Shown one piece after another: positions 19,262 to 28,714 of a stretch of 64,000 bases of DNA. Numbering within the stretch: the stretch's first letter is position 1; each line of letters begins with the position of its first letter. The DNA is from a virus (taxonomy: Duplodnaviria > Heunggongvirae > Uroviricota > Caudoviricetes), in the IMG/VR virus record IMGVR_UViG_3300043418_000226, one strand, 5' to 3'. Below the pieces are notes generated by a model. That model saw nothing but the letters and a program-made list of their open reading frames with translations, was not told the origin of the DNA and made no database searches. The translations under genes were made by a program, and so were the position numbers.

Positions 19262-21613
19262 ATGAAAAAATTATTAAATAACATATTAACCTTCGATAAT
19301 AAAAAAATAGATCCATCAATTATTAATAATGACCAAGTTAAAAATTTGGTTTACTATCTTTTAAATGTTATTGAAAATAAAATAGACGGTGATGTTGTGG
19401 AATTCGGATGTTACGTGGGTGAGTCAAGCAAATACCTAACTAAGACATTATTGGAGACTGAAAGCACAAAAAAACTTTACGTATACGATTCGTTCGAAGG
19501 TTTACCCCCACTTTCTAAATGGGAAGAAAACACAGGTTGGAAAGCGGGAACCTTGAAAAGTACTGAGGAGATATTGATTTCCAATTTTACCAATAACAAT
19601 TTACCATCACCAATTATACATAAAGATTGGTTCAAAGATGTACCGGAAGATAAGATACCAGAAAAAATATCATTTGCGTTTTTGGATGGAGATTTTTACG
19701 ATTCAATTTATGATAGTTTGATGAAAGTTTTTGACAAAGTAACCGATGGTGGGTATATATGTTTCCACGATTATCAGAGAGACGATTTACCGGGTGTCAG
19801 GGCAGCAATTGAAGATGTGTTTAAAGAAAAGAATGTAGAATATACCGTTGAGGAAGTTTGTGGTCAATTAGGTGTTTATCGAAAAAACATGTTACTTGAA
19901 AATAAGTTACCTCAAAGACCTAAAGTTGAGAGAAAGTACGGAGGTACAACGATTGTAACGGGTATATGGGATATCAAAAGACATGAGTTAAGTGTTGGGT
20001 GGAATAGAAGTTTTAATCACTATTTGGACCACTTATCTAAGTTAATGAGGGTAGATGATAATATGATTATTTTCATCGAAGAAAAATATAGAAGTTTTGT
20101 TGAGGAACGTAGGAGTGACGATAACACTCTAATCGTTGTAAGGGAATTGGATTGGTTTAAACAAAATAGTGGAATGTTCGATAAAATTCAAAATATTCGT
20201 AACAATCCTGAATGGTTTAATCAATCAGGGTGGTTGGTCGATAGTACACAAGCAAAATTAGAATTGTATAATCCTATTGTTATGTCAAAAGTATTTTTAC
20301 TTAATGACGCGTCAATTATGGATCCGTTTAATTCTTCACATTTAGTTTGGGTCGATGGGGCAATTACTAATACCGTACATGAAGGTTATTTTTGGCACGA
20401 TAAGGTAATTCAAAACATTGAAAAATATTTCAATAAGTTTAGTTTTGTGTGTTTCCCATACGACGGTAAAGTCGAAATCCATGGATTTAGATATGAGGAT
20501 ATTTGTCACTATTCTGAAGGTGAAGTTAATAAAGTTGCTAGAGGTGGAATATTCGGTGGACCGAAACATCTTTTTAGTAAAATAAACGAAATTTATTATG
20601 AACTATTAAACACTACATTATCGAACGGTTTAATGGGTACAGAAGAGAGTATTTTTACTATTATGACATACAAATACCCTGAACTAATTCAATATTTTGA
20701 GATTGAGGGTACGGGATTATTAGGTACGTTCTTTGAGAACTTAAAGAATAACACACTCCAACCTAAACAAGAGAAATCTGAAACAGTAAGAGTAAATCCA
20801 CATAATAGAGATAACGTTGCACTTTATGTTTTAACTTACAATTCACCGAAACAATTTGAAAAACTTTGTATGTCATTTGAGATATACGATAAAAATTTCT
20901 TAGATAAGCCATTAAAATTTTTAATTAACAATTCATTAGATAAGGGTACCGATAATGAATACGGTAACTTATGTGAAAAATATGGATTTACTCAAATTAA
21001 AAAAGATAATATAGGTATATGTGGAGGTAGACAATTCGTTGCGGAACATTCAGAAGAAAATGGGTTCGATTATCATTTCTTTTTTGAAGACGATATGTTT
21101 TTTTACTTGGGAGAAGAACAATTCTGTAAATCAGGTTTTATGAGAAAAATACCTAACTTTTATAATAAAATGTTAGATATTGCTTGGATTGAAAATTTTG
21201 ATTTTCTTAAATGGAATTATAGTGAATTTTTTGGTACCAATTCAAAACAATGGGTTTGGCATAACGTACCGGCAGATGTTAGGGCCCGTTTATTTCCCGA
21301 TAAACCCGTTAAAATCACTAGTGACCATAATTACGCACCTAATATGAATTTTAAAAATATAAAAACGTTAAATGGGTTACCATATGCAACGGGTGAAATC
21401 TATTACTGTAATTGGCCTCAAGTTGTTTCTAAAGAAGGTAATAAAAAAATGTTTTTAGATGTTAAATGGAACCATCCATACGAACAAACATGGATGTCGT
21501 ATATTTTCCAAGAAACTTTAAAAGGAAATATAATACCGGGGTTATTATTGGCATCACCAACCGAACATAATCGTTTCGATTATTATCCTGGTCACGAAAG
21601 AAGAGAAAATTAA
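19262..21613 (+). CDS. fusion of TylF/MycF-like O-methyltransferase and glycosyltransferase-like domains
   Basis: GDVVEFGCYVGESSKYL, LYVYDSFEGLP and FLDGDFYDSIY resemble macrocin-O-methyltransferase; about 500 aa of further domains; start moved to MKKLLNN at 19262. Confidence 0.65.
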   Translation: MKKLLNNILTFDNKKIDPSIINNDQVKNLVYYLLNVIENKIDGDVVEFGCYVGESSKYLTKTLLETESTKKLYVYDSFEGLPPLSKWEENTGWKAGTLKSTEEILISNFTNNNLPSPIIHKDWFKDVPEDKIPEKISFAFLDGDFYDSIYDSLMKVFDKVTDGGYICFHDYQRDDLPGVRAAIEDVFKEKNVEYTVEEVCGQLGVYRKNMLLENKLPQRPKVERKYGGTTIVTGIWDIKRHELSVGWNRSFNHYLDHLSKLMRVDDNMIIFIEEKYRSFVEERRSDDNTLIVVRELDWFKQNSGMFDKIQNIRNNPEWFNQSGWLVDSTQAKLELYNPIVMSKVFLLNDASIMDPFNSSHLVWVDGAITNTVHEGYFWHDKVIQNIEKYFNKFSFVCFPYDGKVEIHGFRYEDICHYSEGEVNKVARGGIFGGPKHLFSKINEIYYELLNTTLSNGLMGTEESIFTIMTYKYPELIQYFEIEGTGLLGTFFENLKNNTLQPKQEKSETVRVNPHNRDNVALYVLTYNSPKQFEKLCMSFEIYDKNFLDKPLKFLINNSLDKGTDNEYGNLCEKYGFTQIKKDNIGICGGRQFVAEHSEENGFDYHFFFEDDMFFYLGEEQFCKSGFMRKIPNFYNKMLDIAWIENFDFLKWNYSEFFGTNSKQWVWHNVPADVRARLFPDKPVKITSDHNYAPNMNFKNIKTLNGLPYATGEIYYCNWPQVVSKEGNKKMFLDVKWNHPYEQTWMSYIFQETLKGNIIPGLLLASPTEHNRFDYYPGHERREN

Positions 21614-21629
21614 AATATTTTATTAAAAT

Positions 21630-21660
21630 AAAAACCTCCCAAATTAGGAGGTTTTTTTAT
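21630..21660 (+). terminator. intrinsic terminator
   Basis: CCTCCC-AAATTA-GGAGGT hairpin plus T7. Confidence 0.6.
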
Positions 21661-21792
21661 TGTCTTTTTCTTCGGGTTTTTGTAAACCTTTTTTCGTTTC
21701 GGCGGTTTTTAAATTATAATCTTTAGTTGCGGTTTTGTGCTTCTCAAGGATTCTCTTTTTTTCCTCTTCCGACATTTTTAATATACTCATAA

Positions 21793-22092
21793 TTAAATCG
21801 TTGTTTTATTTATTATTATTTTGGATTCGTCTAATTTTAATTTTAATTTATTACATTTTTCATATTCTTCGGTATCTTCAAATATTCGAATTGCCGCTTC
21901 TAACACTTCGATATATAATTCCAAATCATTATCATATGTTAGAATGGTACATGTATTATTATAATCATTTAACACTTCATTGTCAATGGATGTTAGAAAA
22001 TTATAAATCATAGATAATTCTTCATCATCTATTTGTTCCGTATATAATATTCTTGTAGTTTGAACTAAAAAATTTATTAATATATTTGTCAT
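21793..22092 (-). CDS. hypothetical protein
   Basis: 99-aa ORF; ATGA-type overlap with the upstream gene. Confidence 0.45.
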   Translation of the reverse strand: MTNILINFLVQTTRILYTEQIDDEELSMIYNFLTSIDNEVLNDYNNTCTILTYDNDLELYIEVLEAAIRIFEDTEEYEKCNKLKLKLDESKIIINKTTI

Positions 22093-22412
22093 ATTTTTTC
22101 ATTTAATATTTTATCTAATATTTTGAAACATTCTAAAAATCCGTCCGATTCGACCTCTTCCCTATTCATTTTCGATTCTTGAGCTGGTCCAAAAACAATA
22201 CCATTATGTAATGAAATTGAAAAAACCCATTGATAAGGGTTATACATTTCTGTAGTTAAAAAAACACCTTCTTTATCAAAGAATCTATATAATTTTTTAG
22301 TATCGTAATATTCTAACGTTGAGACGCTAATGACTCCAACGTTAGGAAACATAACGTTTGTAAATTTCTTAAAAGAAGTCGGATACAAATATTCAATAAC
22401 ATACCAATCCAT
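22089..22412 (-). CDS. hypothetical protein
   Basis: 107-aa ORF, TGA stop. Confidence 0.5.
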   Translation of the reverse strand: MDWYVIEYLYPTSFKKFTNVMFPNVGVISVSTLEYYDTKKLYRFFDKEGVFLTTEMYNPYQWVFSISLHNGIVFGPAQESKMNREEVESDGFLECFKILDKILNEKI

Positions 22413-22500
22413 GATATTAGTAATTATACGTTTTTATTTCTAATTTGTATATAAAAGGTAATATTTTTGTTTTTTATAAAAAAACAACATAATTAACGGT

Positions 22501-22740
22501 ATGAACATACTTGAATTTTATTATAACGATGAAACAAGAATACTTTACATTGAATTTTCAACAGATATTGATGGTGATGATTTTTATAGAATCCTTAAAT
22601 TAGTATTCGAAGAGGTTGAGAAATTCTCGCCCGATATTGTTACCGAAGTTGAAATGGAAGATATTGATGAAGATTTTGTCAAAGACCTAATTACCCAGTA
22701 TTTATTAGAGAACGATGCTCCTGAGGAGATGAGTTTGTAA
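22501..22740 (+). CDS. hypothetical acidic protein
   Basis: 79-aa ORF. Confidence 0.45.
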   Translation: MNILEFYYNDETRILYIEFSTDIDGDDFYRILKLVFEEVEKFSPDIVTEVEMEDIDEDFVKDLITQYLLENDAPEEMSL

Positions 22741-22752
22741 TATTTAAACTAT

Positions 22753-23121
22753 ATGGCATTTTTAACCGACGAACAAAAAGATAAACTTAACAAATTTGTA
22801 AAATTTGTTAAAAAACAATTGGAACTTGAGTCAGTTCCCACTATATCCATTCAAAATAACAGAGACGGTCTTAAAACTACTGCAAACTATGATTACACTA
22901 AAGATGTTAAAGTTATTAAAGTTAATGCTAGAAACCGCGCGTTAGTTGATGTGATGAGGAGTATTGCACATGAGATGGTACATCACAAACAATTTGAACA
23001 GGGTCGTTTAAACGGACCAAAACCACCGGATATTGGTGGCGAAATAGAAGATGAAGCAAACGCAAAGGCCGGACAATACATTAAAATGTTTTCAAGAATC
23101 GACCCATCTATTTACGATTAA
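22753..23121 (+). CDS. HExxH zinc-metallopeptidase-like protein (SprT-like?)
   Basis: SIAHEMVHHKQ motif. Confidence 0.55.
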   Translation: MAFLTDEQKDKLNKFVKFVKKQLELESVPTISIQNNRDGLKTTANYDYTKDVKVIKVNARNRALVDVMRSIAHEMVHHKQFEQGRLNGPKPPDIGGEIEDEANAKAGQYIKMFSRIDPSIYD

Positions 23122-23697
23122 CTACCTCATAAATCTTAAAACAACCTTAATATCAACAGCTTTGGACCTTGTTCCGTCAGATAGATATAAATCAGTACTA
23201 ATAATTGGACTAACAAGAGTTAGTACATTAGGTGGCATGACACCGATTGCGTTTGATTCGTAAGTGTAAGTTGTTGAACCACCATTCGTTTGATTTATTA
23301 CATTTAATAAATTCCTATTCTCATTGACATTTACCCAAAATGGGTCGTGTGTTGGTCTAAGTGAACCGTTTATGTTAGTAAAATCACAATATAGATAACG
23401 ATTGTTATCATCAAACTCCCATACTGTTTTATTTCTAACGAATCTCCTATCTAAAGCGGTAACATTAAAATTCTGTTTCATTAGAATGTGTCCACTAACA
23501 AATGATTGATTGTTAAATGAATTAATACAAATTGTATCATTTTTAACAATCGAAATATTGGAAATCGAACTAATAACAACAATATCATAATCCGTAAAAA
23601 TCCATTTTCCTCCAGTAAATCTTGGAACACTTACCTCATCATATTTTTCACATCCCATTAATAGGGGTAGAAACAACAGAACTATTAACTTTTTCAT
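23122..23697 (-). CDS. lipoprotein
   Basis: MKKLIVLLFLPLLMGC signal peptide with lipobox; ends in TAG. Confidence 0.6.
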   Translation of the reverse strand: MKKLIVLLFLPLLMGCEKYDEVSVPRFTGGKWIFTDYDIVVISSISNISIVKNDTICINSFNNQSFVSGHILMKQNFNVTALDRRFVRNKTVWEFDDNNRYLYCDFTNINGSLRPTHDPFWVNVNENRNLLNVINQTNGGSTTYTYESNAIGVMPPNVLTLVSPIISTDLYLSDGTRSKAVDIKVVLRFMR

Positions 23698-23786
23698 GTT
23701 ATTATAGGTTTATAATTTTGACAAAAATACGTATTTTTTAATATAAAAAAACAAAATTCAAAGATTTTTTTTTGTATTTATAAAGT

Positions 23787-24050
23787 ATGAGATTAGTTAT
23801 ATCAGAAAAACAATTACAGTTATTACTTTCAAAACAAAATAATAACCAAGAAATAGAAGAACAAGACGCTGCAGATGCTGAACCGTCGGCAGGTACGTCA
23901 TCAAACCAATCAGGGGGAGAAGGTTATCCTGAAGTGGGTAAATGGGAAAGTGGTATTGAGAGGGGACCCGCTAATCAAGTAGGCGTGACTAAATGGTCAG
24001 ACGTGGTTGGAAGTAAATTACAAAGAGGTAAATCAAATCCTATCAAATAA
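23787..24050 (+). CDS. hypothetical protein with leader-like N-terminus MRLVISEKQLQLLLSKQNNNQE
   Basis: 87-aa ORF. Confidence 0.45.
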   Translation: MRLVISEKQLQLLLSKQNNNQEIEEQDAADAEPSAGTSSNQSGGEGYPEVGKWESGIERGPANQVGVTKWSDVVGSKLQRGKSNPIK

Positions 24051-24075
24051 AGAATTCTCGGATATTTATACAGTA

Positions 24076-25233
24076 ATGGAAAAATTATTATTATCGAATA
24101 ATGGAATGTATCTCATGTCTAATGAGTCTATATATTGTGTTGCGGAAGAAAAATCATATTCTATAGAGGAGTTTGATGTGATGAGATGGTTAGACGTTCT
24201 CAGTGAAAATACTCAATTTTCAATTAAAAATAAGTTAGTTGAAATTAACGAATTGGCATCATATCATAGAAAAGTCACATATCAATTAATGGAATCATTT
24301 AGTGAAGATTTAAAAATTTCATTAATGATGGAATACGAAAGTAAATTTGGGAACATGTTACTTTCTGAAGATGTATTATTAATTGAAAGTTGGTTTAATG
24401 ACGCATATAGTTGGACTAAAGATAAAATATCTAAAACAGGTAATTGGATTACAGATAAGGTAAAAGATTTAGGCACCTTTGGGATTAAAACAGGTAAAGA
24501 TTTTATGACGTGTATCACAAGTGGGTCATGTTCACCTTTATTTGAAGATTTTAGAGAAATGTTATACAGCCCCGTCGGAATTGCAATTGAAACGTTTTTA
24601 GCCGCAACGGGTATCGGTCAAATCGGTCCGATAGTTGCTTGGGGTATGATGTTATTATATGACGGATATTTGTTAATAACGGGTGCGAGTAATGGTAGTT
24701 GGTTAAATTTAATATTTGACATTTTAGGTGTTGGTTTAGGTTCCTTCGCTAAAGGTGCAAGAGCAGCTTTCGGTGGGGCGTCTGCTGTTCAAAAAACCGC
24801 TGGAAAGGGTGTTGCCGAAGTTGTAGGTGAAGGATTAAAAAATCCAAGAACCGCAGAGATAATGGTGAAACTAAAGAATTTAATTTCTAAAGGTTTAGGT
24901 AAATTAATGGGACCAATACAAACAGCGGCGAAATTCTTATCTGAAAAATTAGGACTTAAATGGGTGAGTAAAGTTTTAGATAGTATTTCGGGTCAAATTG
25001 CAAAACTTTTAGAAGCGTTTGGCGTTAAAGCGGTGAAGGGCACAACTAAGGCCGGGGTTAAAAGTGGAATTAAAACGGGTACAATGGCACAAGGATTTGT
25101 TTCCGCTGCCGAAACAAAAACAGGTAGAAATTTGGCAAATAAAGTTGCCAGTACATTTGGACAAAATCCATATGACGATATTATGAATGCAAATAAAAAA
25201 TACGGTGTTGATTACTCCGGAGTTGAACTATAA
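24076..25233 (+). CDS. hypothetical membrane protein, Gly-rich
   Basis: long ORF (tracked from 24007); start probably MEKLLL at 24076 to avoid overlap; several Gly-rich hydrophobic segments. Confidence 0.55.
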   Translation: MEKLLLSNNGMYLMSNESIYCVAEEKSYSIEEFDVMRWLDVLSENTQFSIKNKLVEINELASYHRKVTYQLMESFSEDLKISLMMEYESKFGNMLLSEDVLLIESWFNDAYSWTKDKISKTGNWITDKVKDLGTFGIKTGKDFMTCITSGSCSPLFEDFREMLYSPVGIAIETFLAATGIGQIGPIVAWGMMLLYDGYLLITGASNGSWLNLIFDILGVGLGSFAKGARAAFGGASAVQKTAGKGVAEVVGEGLKNPRTAEIMVKLKNLISKGLGKLMGPIQTAAKFLSEKLGLKWVSKVLDSISGQIAKLLEAFGVKAVKGTTKAGVKSGIKTGTMAQGFVSAAETKTGRNLANKVASTFGQNPYDDIMNANKKYGVDYSGVEL

Positions 25234-25243
25234 AAATTAAAAA

Positions 25244-27052
25244 ATGGAAAAAGACTTAGATAAATTTAAATTATTATTTAATTACGACCCGTCAAAGACT
25301 CTTAATGAAAACATTAATGAGACTAAAACTATGGAAGTTGACGAACAAATAACAAAAATTGCAGGTGAAGAGTTAGGTGCTCTTAAATCGGCATTTGAAG
25401 ATGCATTTAAATCTTCAAAGGATGCCTTATCTGTGGAAATTAAAAGTGCTGACGGTGCCGTTATGGGTGCCAGAAACGCCGATGAGATTCTATCTGCACT
25501 TAAAGATGGTAGAATTACCCCAAAAACATTAGGTCAAGTTAACACTGGTTTACTTAAATCGGCAACAACTCCTGAAAATGTTATTAATTCTATTATTCAT
25601 AACCCAAAATTTGACCAGGCATTTTTAAAGAAATACGGACAATACGTTAATGACGAACAAGCATTAATGGCTCAATTAAAACAAAAATACCCTGAAGAAG
25701 TTGCACAAAAAATGATTGACCGTGTAAAAGGTAACGGCGCAAAAATTGGTAAAGAAGTGGAAGCAGGAGCATCGAAAACCTCAAGTTCAGTAGAAGTAAA
25801 AGGACCAAATGGTGAATTAATTAAGACTCAAGGAGAAGCAACGACCGTTATCCAACAAACTAATATTAATAACGCAACTTACGCAACCGCAACTGAAACT
25901 AATAAAGCAGTTCAAGCATCTAAAGAGGTTGTTCCTGAGGCCAAAGTTGTTGCAACTGAGGCGGAGCAAGTTGTTAAAGAAATGGGACCTACTAAATGGG
26001 AAAAATTTAAAAAAGTTGCAAGAAGATTAAAGCCAAAATATCTAATAATGTTAGGTTTAGCGGGATTAACAGGTTGGTTATTATATAAATTCTTTTCAAG
26101 TGATTCACCAAAACCTAAGAAAGATCTATTCCCAAGTTGTCTTGACGATGTTATAGATGATAACGGAACAACAATCCAAGTGACCAAATCTGGTGATCCA
26201 GTTGTTAAAGTTACAAAAACAGGAAACGCTGATTATGATAGTAGAGGTGGTTTATTATTCTTTAATAATAACCGTGTTTTCTTGGGTAATCAAAAAAGAA
26301 GAGGTTCTTGGTCATGTGCAGGTGGTGGTGTTGAATTATCTGAACAAGGTGATGGCAATAAAAGTACAGGTGTAGGGGGTATTACAATTAAATGGGACGG
26401 TGATAGTAAACCGGTAACCCCAATTAAAACTGGAGATGATAATCAAAAAATAAAGTCACCAAAATATCACGATTGTTCAAATAAAGATTTTCCACTTGAG
26501 TTTGGGTGTATTTCTCCAAAAGTTGCAGAAGTTCAAGGATGTTTAGGTGTTACACCACAGAAAGGATATTTTGGACCAAAAACACTTAAGGCGTTAACGG
26601 ATTATAGTTATGATACTAAAGATGGTTTAACAAAGGAAATGTACGACAAGATAATTGCGGCATGTCATGCACCTACAGTTACAGGTTCAACTACAGGTGA
26701 TACAACTACAATTACCGGTACGACAACAGGCAGTACGGCAACAATAACAGGTACCACAACTACGTCACCAAACGCACCTATTACTCCGCCTGAAACTCCT
26801 GAAAATGCTCAATTTAGTATTAAAAGACTAAAAGAGTTATTAGCAAGTAAAAATCTAAAGAAAATGAGGAAAGGTACCATTGTAAAATGGAAAGGGCCCG
26901 AGTTAGGTGGAGACGATTATTTTATTTTAAATAAGTACTTAACTGATAATGGTTATATTCAAAAAACACAAAGAGAAACAGGTGATAGAGACGATGAGGA
27001 TATCACAATGAAGTACAAGTGGAAAAAAGAAGAACCAACTACTGAGGTTTAA
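25244..27052 (+). CDS. hypothetical protein with TM helix, Thr-rich linker and PG-binding-like domain
   Basis: KYLIMLGLAGLTGWLLYKFF TM segment; GYFGPKTLKALTDY PG-binding-like segment; TGSTTGDTTTITG linker. Confidence 0.65.
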   Translation: MEKDLDKFKLLFNYDPSKTLNENINETKTMEVDEQITKIAGEELGALKSAFEDAFKSSKDALSVEIKSADGAVMGARNADEILSALKDGRITPKTLGQVNTGLLKSATTPENVINSIIHNPKFDQAFLKKYGQYVNDEQALMAQLKQKYPEEVAQKMIDRVKGNGAKIGKEVEAGASKTSSSVEVKGPNGELIKTQGEATTVIQQTNINNATYATATETNKAVQASKEVVPEAKVVATEAEQVVKEMGPTKWEKFKKVARRLKPKYLIMLGLAGLTGWLLYKFFSSDSPKPKKDLFPSCLDDVIDDNGTTIQVTKSGDPVVKVTKTGNADYDSRGGLLFFNNNRVFLGNQKRRGSWSCAGGGVELSEQGDGNKSTGVGGITIKWDGDSKPVTPIKTGDDNQKIKSPKYHDCSNKDFPLEFGCISPKVAEVQGCLGVTPQKGYFGPKTLKALTDYSYDTKDGLTKEMYDKIIAACHAPTVTGSTTGDTTTITGTTTGSTATITGTTTTSPNAPITPPETPENAQFSIKRLKELLASKNLKKMRKGTIVKWKGPELGGDDYFILNKYLTDNGYIQKTQRETGDRDDEDITMKYKWKKEEPTTEV

Positions 27053-27065
27053 AAAATAAATAAAA

Positions 27066-27102
27066 AAAAGAGTTAGAAATTGAATCTAACTCTTTTTTTT
27101 GT
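27066..27102 (+). terminator. intrinsic terminator
   Basis: AGAGTTAGA-AATTGAA-TCTAACTCT hairpin plus T8. Confidence 0.65.
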
Positions 27103-27240
27103 GATATTTATTAAGGAGTTTAATGGTTTGGTCACCATTAAGTGATAATACTTTATAAACGAAAAGGAGGTGTTCTAAATCTCGACGAAGGGGTCCTAAA
27201 GACCTCTTTGTTCGTTTAGGTACTTTCATACTAATATATT

Positions 27241-27268
27241 AAAAAAGGTCCCCTAAAGGACCTTTTTG
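27241..27268. terminator. terminator hairpin just 3' of the tmRNA
   Basis: AAAAAA-GGTCCCCTAAAGGACC-TTTTT. Confidence 0.5.
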
Positions 27269-27270
27269 TT

Positions 27271-27679
27271 TGGTGGAGATGGAGGGATTCGAACCCTCGT
27301 GTTGTTCGCAACACCATAAATGGACTACACGTTTATTCAATTAATTCACAACTGACAAATATTTGGTTCCTATTTTTACATCGTTACCAATAACTGTGTC
27401 GGGTTCACTTGTGTTGGAGTAGACCCCTGAACGAGACTCCTAATACATCTTCGGGTGGTATTACACCTTGAGAACTTCTGTTGCTAGGTTATATGTTCAT
27501 CGACCCCATGTAGGTTCGTCTTAGACTACTGCTACGTTAGAAGTTGCAAGTAAACCTGCAATTTCCATGTTGTTGTAAACGTTGCCGTTTGAAATTTACC
27601 ATCGTGTATTAAAGTCATAGATGATGTTTGACTACGTGCCCACTTACAATATAAACGCCAGTCAATTCCAGTCATCCCC
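27271..27679 (-). ncRNA. ssrA: tmRNA (transfer-messenger RNA)
   Basis: 5' GGGGAUGACUGGAAUUGACUGG and 3' GGUUCGAAUCCCUCCAUCUCCACCA tRNA-like ends with a G3:U70 wobble and encoded CCA; about 409 nt; sits between a minus-strand promoter (27696-27703) and a terminator; candidate tag frame GNVYNNMEIAGLLATSNVAVV-TAA. Confidence 0.8.
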
Positions 27680-27689
27680 ATATTGTAAT

Positions 27690-27730
27690 CTTTTACAAAG
27701 ATAAATAAAAAAAGGTTAAAAACCTAATTT
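27690..27730 (-). promoter_or_regulatory. Bacteroidetes-type promoter (-7 TAtcTTTG) driving the tmRNA
   Basis: + strand TTTTACAAAGATAAATAAAA; reverse complement gives TATCTTTG. Confidence 0.6.
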
Positions 27731-27758
27731 TAACCATTAATTTTTTTAATTAAGACAA

Positions 27759-28016
27759 TTACTTCTTTTTTGGAGTTGCCTTTGTTGTTGCTTTCTTTGT
27801 TGCAGGTTTTTCAGTTGTTTTCTTAGGTGTTGTTTTTTTTACCTTAGATTTAATTTCTTTTACCGCTTCTTTAACGATTTCAACTTCAGCTTTAACTTCA
27901 GTTTCTAATTCTTGGATGGCAATTACCTTTTCCGCTACGGTACCTTTACCGAAAAGTGACTTAATAAGATCAATGATTTTTTTCATGGTTTTTTTTGTTT
28001 TATATATAAATATCAA
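27759..28016 (-). CDS. lysine-rich histone H1-like DNA-binding protein
   Basis: C-terminal KKTTPKKTTEKPATKKATTKATPKKK tail. Confidence 0.6.
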   Translation of the reverse strand: MIFIYKTKKTMKKIIDLIKSLFGKGTVAEKVIAIQELETEVKAEVEIVKEAVKEIKSKVKKTTPKKTTEKPATKKATTKATPKKK

Positions 28017-28033
28017 TTATTACTCAAAAATTA

Positions 28034-28714
28034 TTAAATGGACAATGGTAACTGTTTGTCATAGAGTGCCTCAAAGAAAAGTTTGTTCTTTTCCCACTTC
28101 TTATTTGTTGCACCAACTGACTTATGTGTTAAATTAATCTTGGTAGTTAATCCAATTTTTACCCCCTCTAAAAAGTTCTCAACACAGAATGAAATATCAT
28201 AAAAGTGAAACCCATTAAATTCTTCGTTGAATTCTTTCTTTATACGTCCTTTATGAACCATGAAGAATAATCCATCCACTATTACCACATCTTTAAGAAC
28301 ATCGTTGTAAACACTCTTAGAATAATGATTAACGTGTCTTTTACCTTCGTGTATGTGTCCAACAACTCCAAACATATTTTCTCGACTTGTCCACCAACAA
28401 CCACTGGTTAATTTATCGGTACCCGCAATTCCAATGATACCGTAATCGGGATGTTTATCAAATAACTTAACGATTTTAGGTGTTATATTTGACGTTTCTA
28501 AAATCAAATCATCATGCATGAACACAACAATGTCATTTTGTGATTCTTTTAATCCTTTATTGTAGATTTGTGTAAGTGATTCCAATCCGTCATTTTCATA
28601 AATTAGAATTTGAGTTTTTGGGTGTGAAAACATCTTACTTACGTGTTTTAAATAATCATCACAAATTGTTCGTGTTGATATAACCACAGTTACCGGTGTG
28701 TTAGTCTTGGACAT
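28034..28714 (-). CDS. glycosyltransferase family 2-like
   Basis: VTVVISTRT and DIVVFMHDDL GT-A motifs. Confidence 0.6.
   Translation of the reverse strand: MSKTNTPVTVVISTRTICDDYLKHVSKMFSHPKTQILIYENDGLESLTQIYNKGLKESQNDIVVFMHDDLILETSNITPKIVKLFDKHPDYGIIGIAGTDKLTSGCWWTSRENMFGVVGHIHEGKRHVNHYSKSVYNDVLKDVVIVDGLFFMVHKGRIKKEFNEEFNGFHFYDISFCVENFLEGVKIGLTTKINLTHKSVGATNKKWEKNKLFFEALYDKQLPLSI

Noticed and set aside
18561-20569. minus ORFs 18561..18800 and 20342..20569
   Set aside because: Antisense inside the large glycosyltransferase genes.
21735-22013. 92-aa + ORF
   Set aside because: Overlaps the minus genes 21793..22092; composition dominated by I/L/Y from the AT-rich antisense strand.
23051-23263. 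70-aa + ORF
   Set aside because: Out-of-frame overlap of two real genes.
24282-26375. ORFs 24282..24518 (-), 25912..26187 (-) and 26193..26375 (+)
   Set aside because: Embedded in the longer + strand genes.
27271-27679. Possibility that this element is a tRNA interrupted by an intron rather than a tmRNA
   Set aside because: The 5' GGGGAUGACUGGAAUUGAC and 3' UCCACCA ends, the ~400-nt length, the G3:U70 pair and an adjacent smpB gene fit tmRNA much better.
27916-28137. 73-aa + ORF
   Set aside because: Antisense to the histone-like and GT2 genes.
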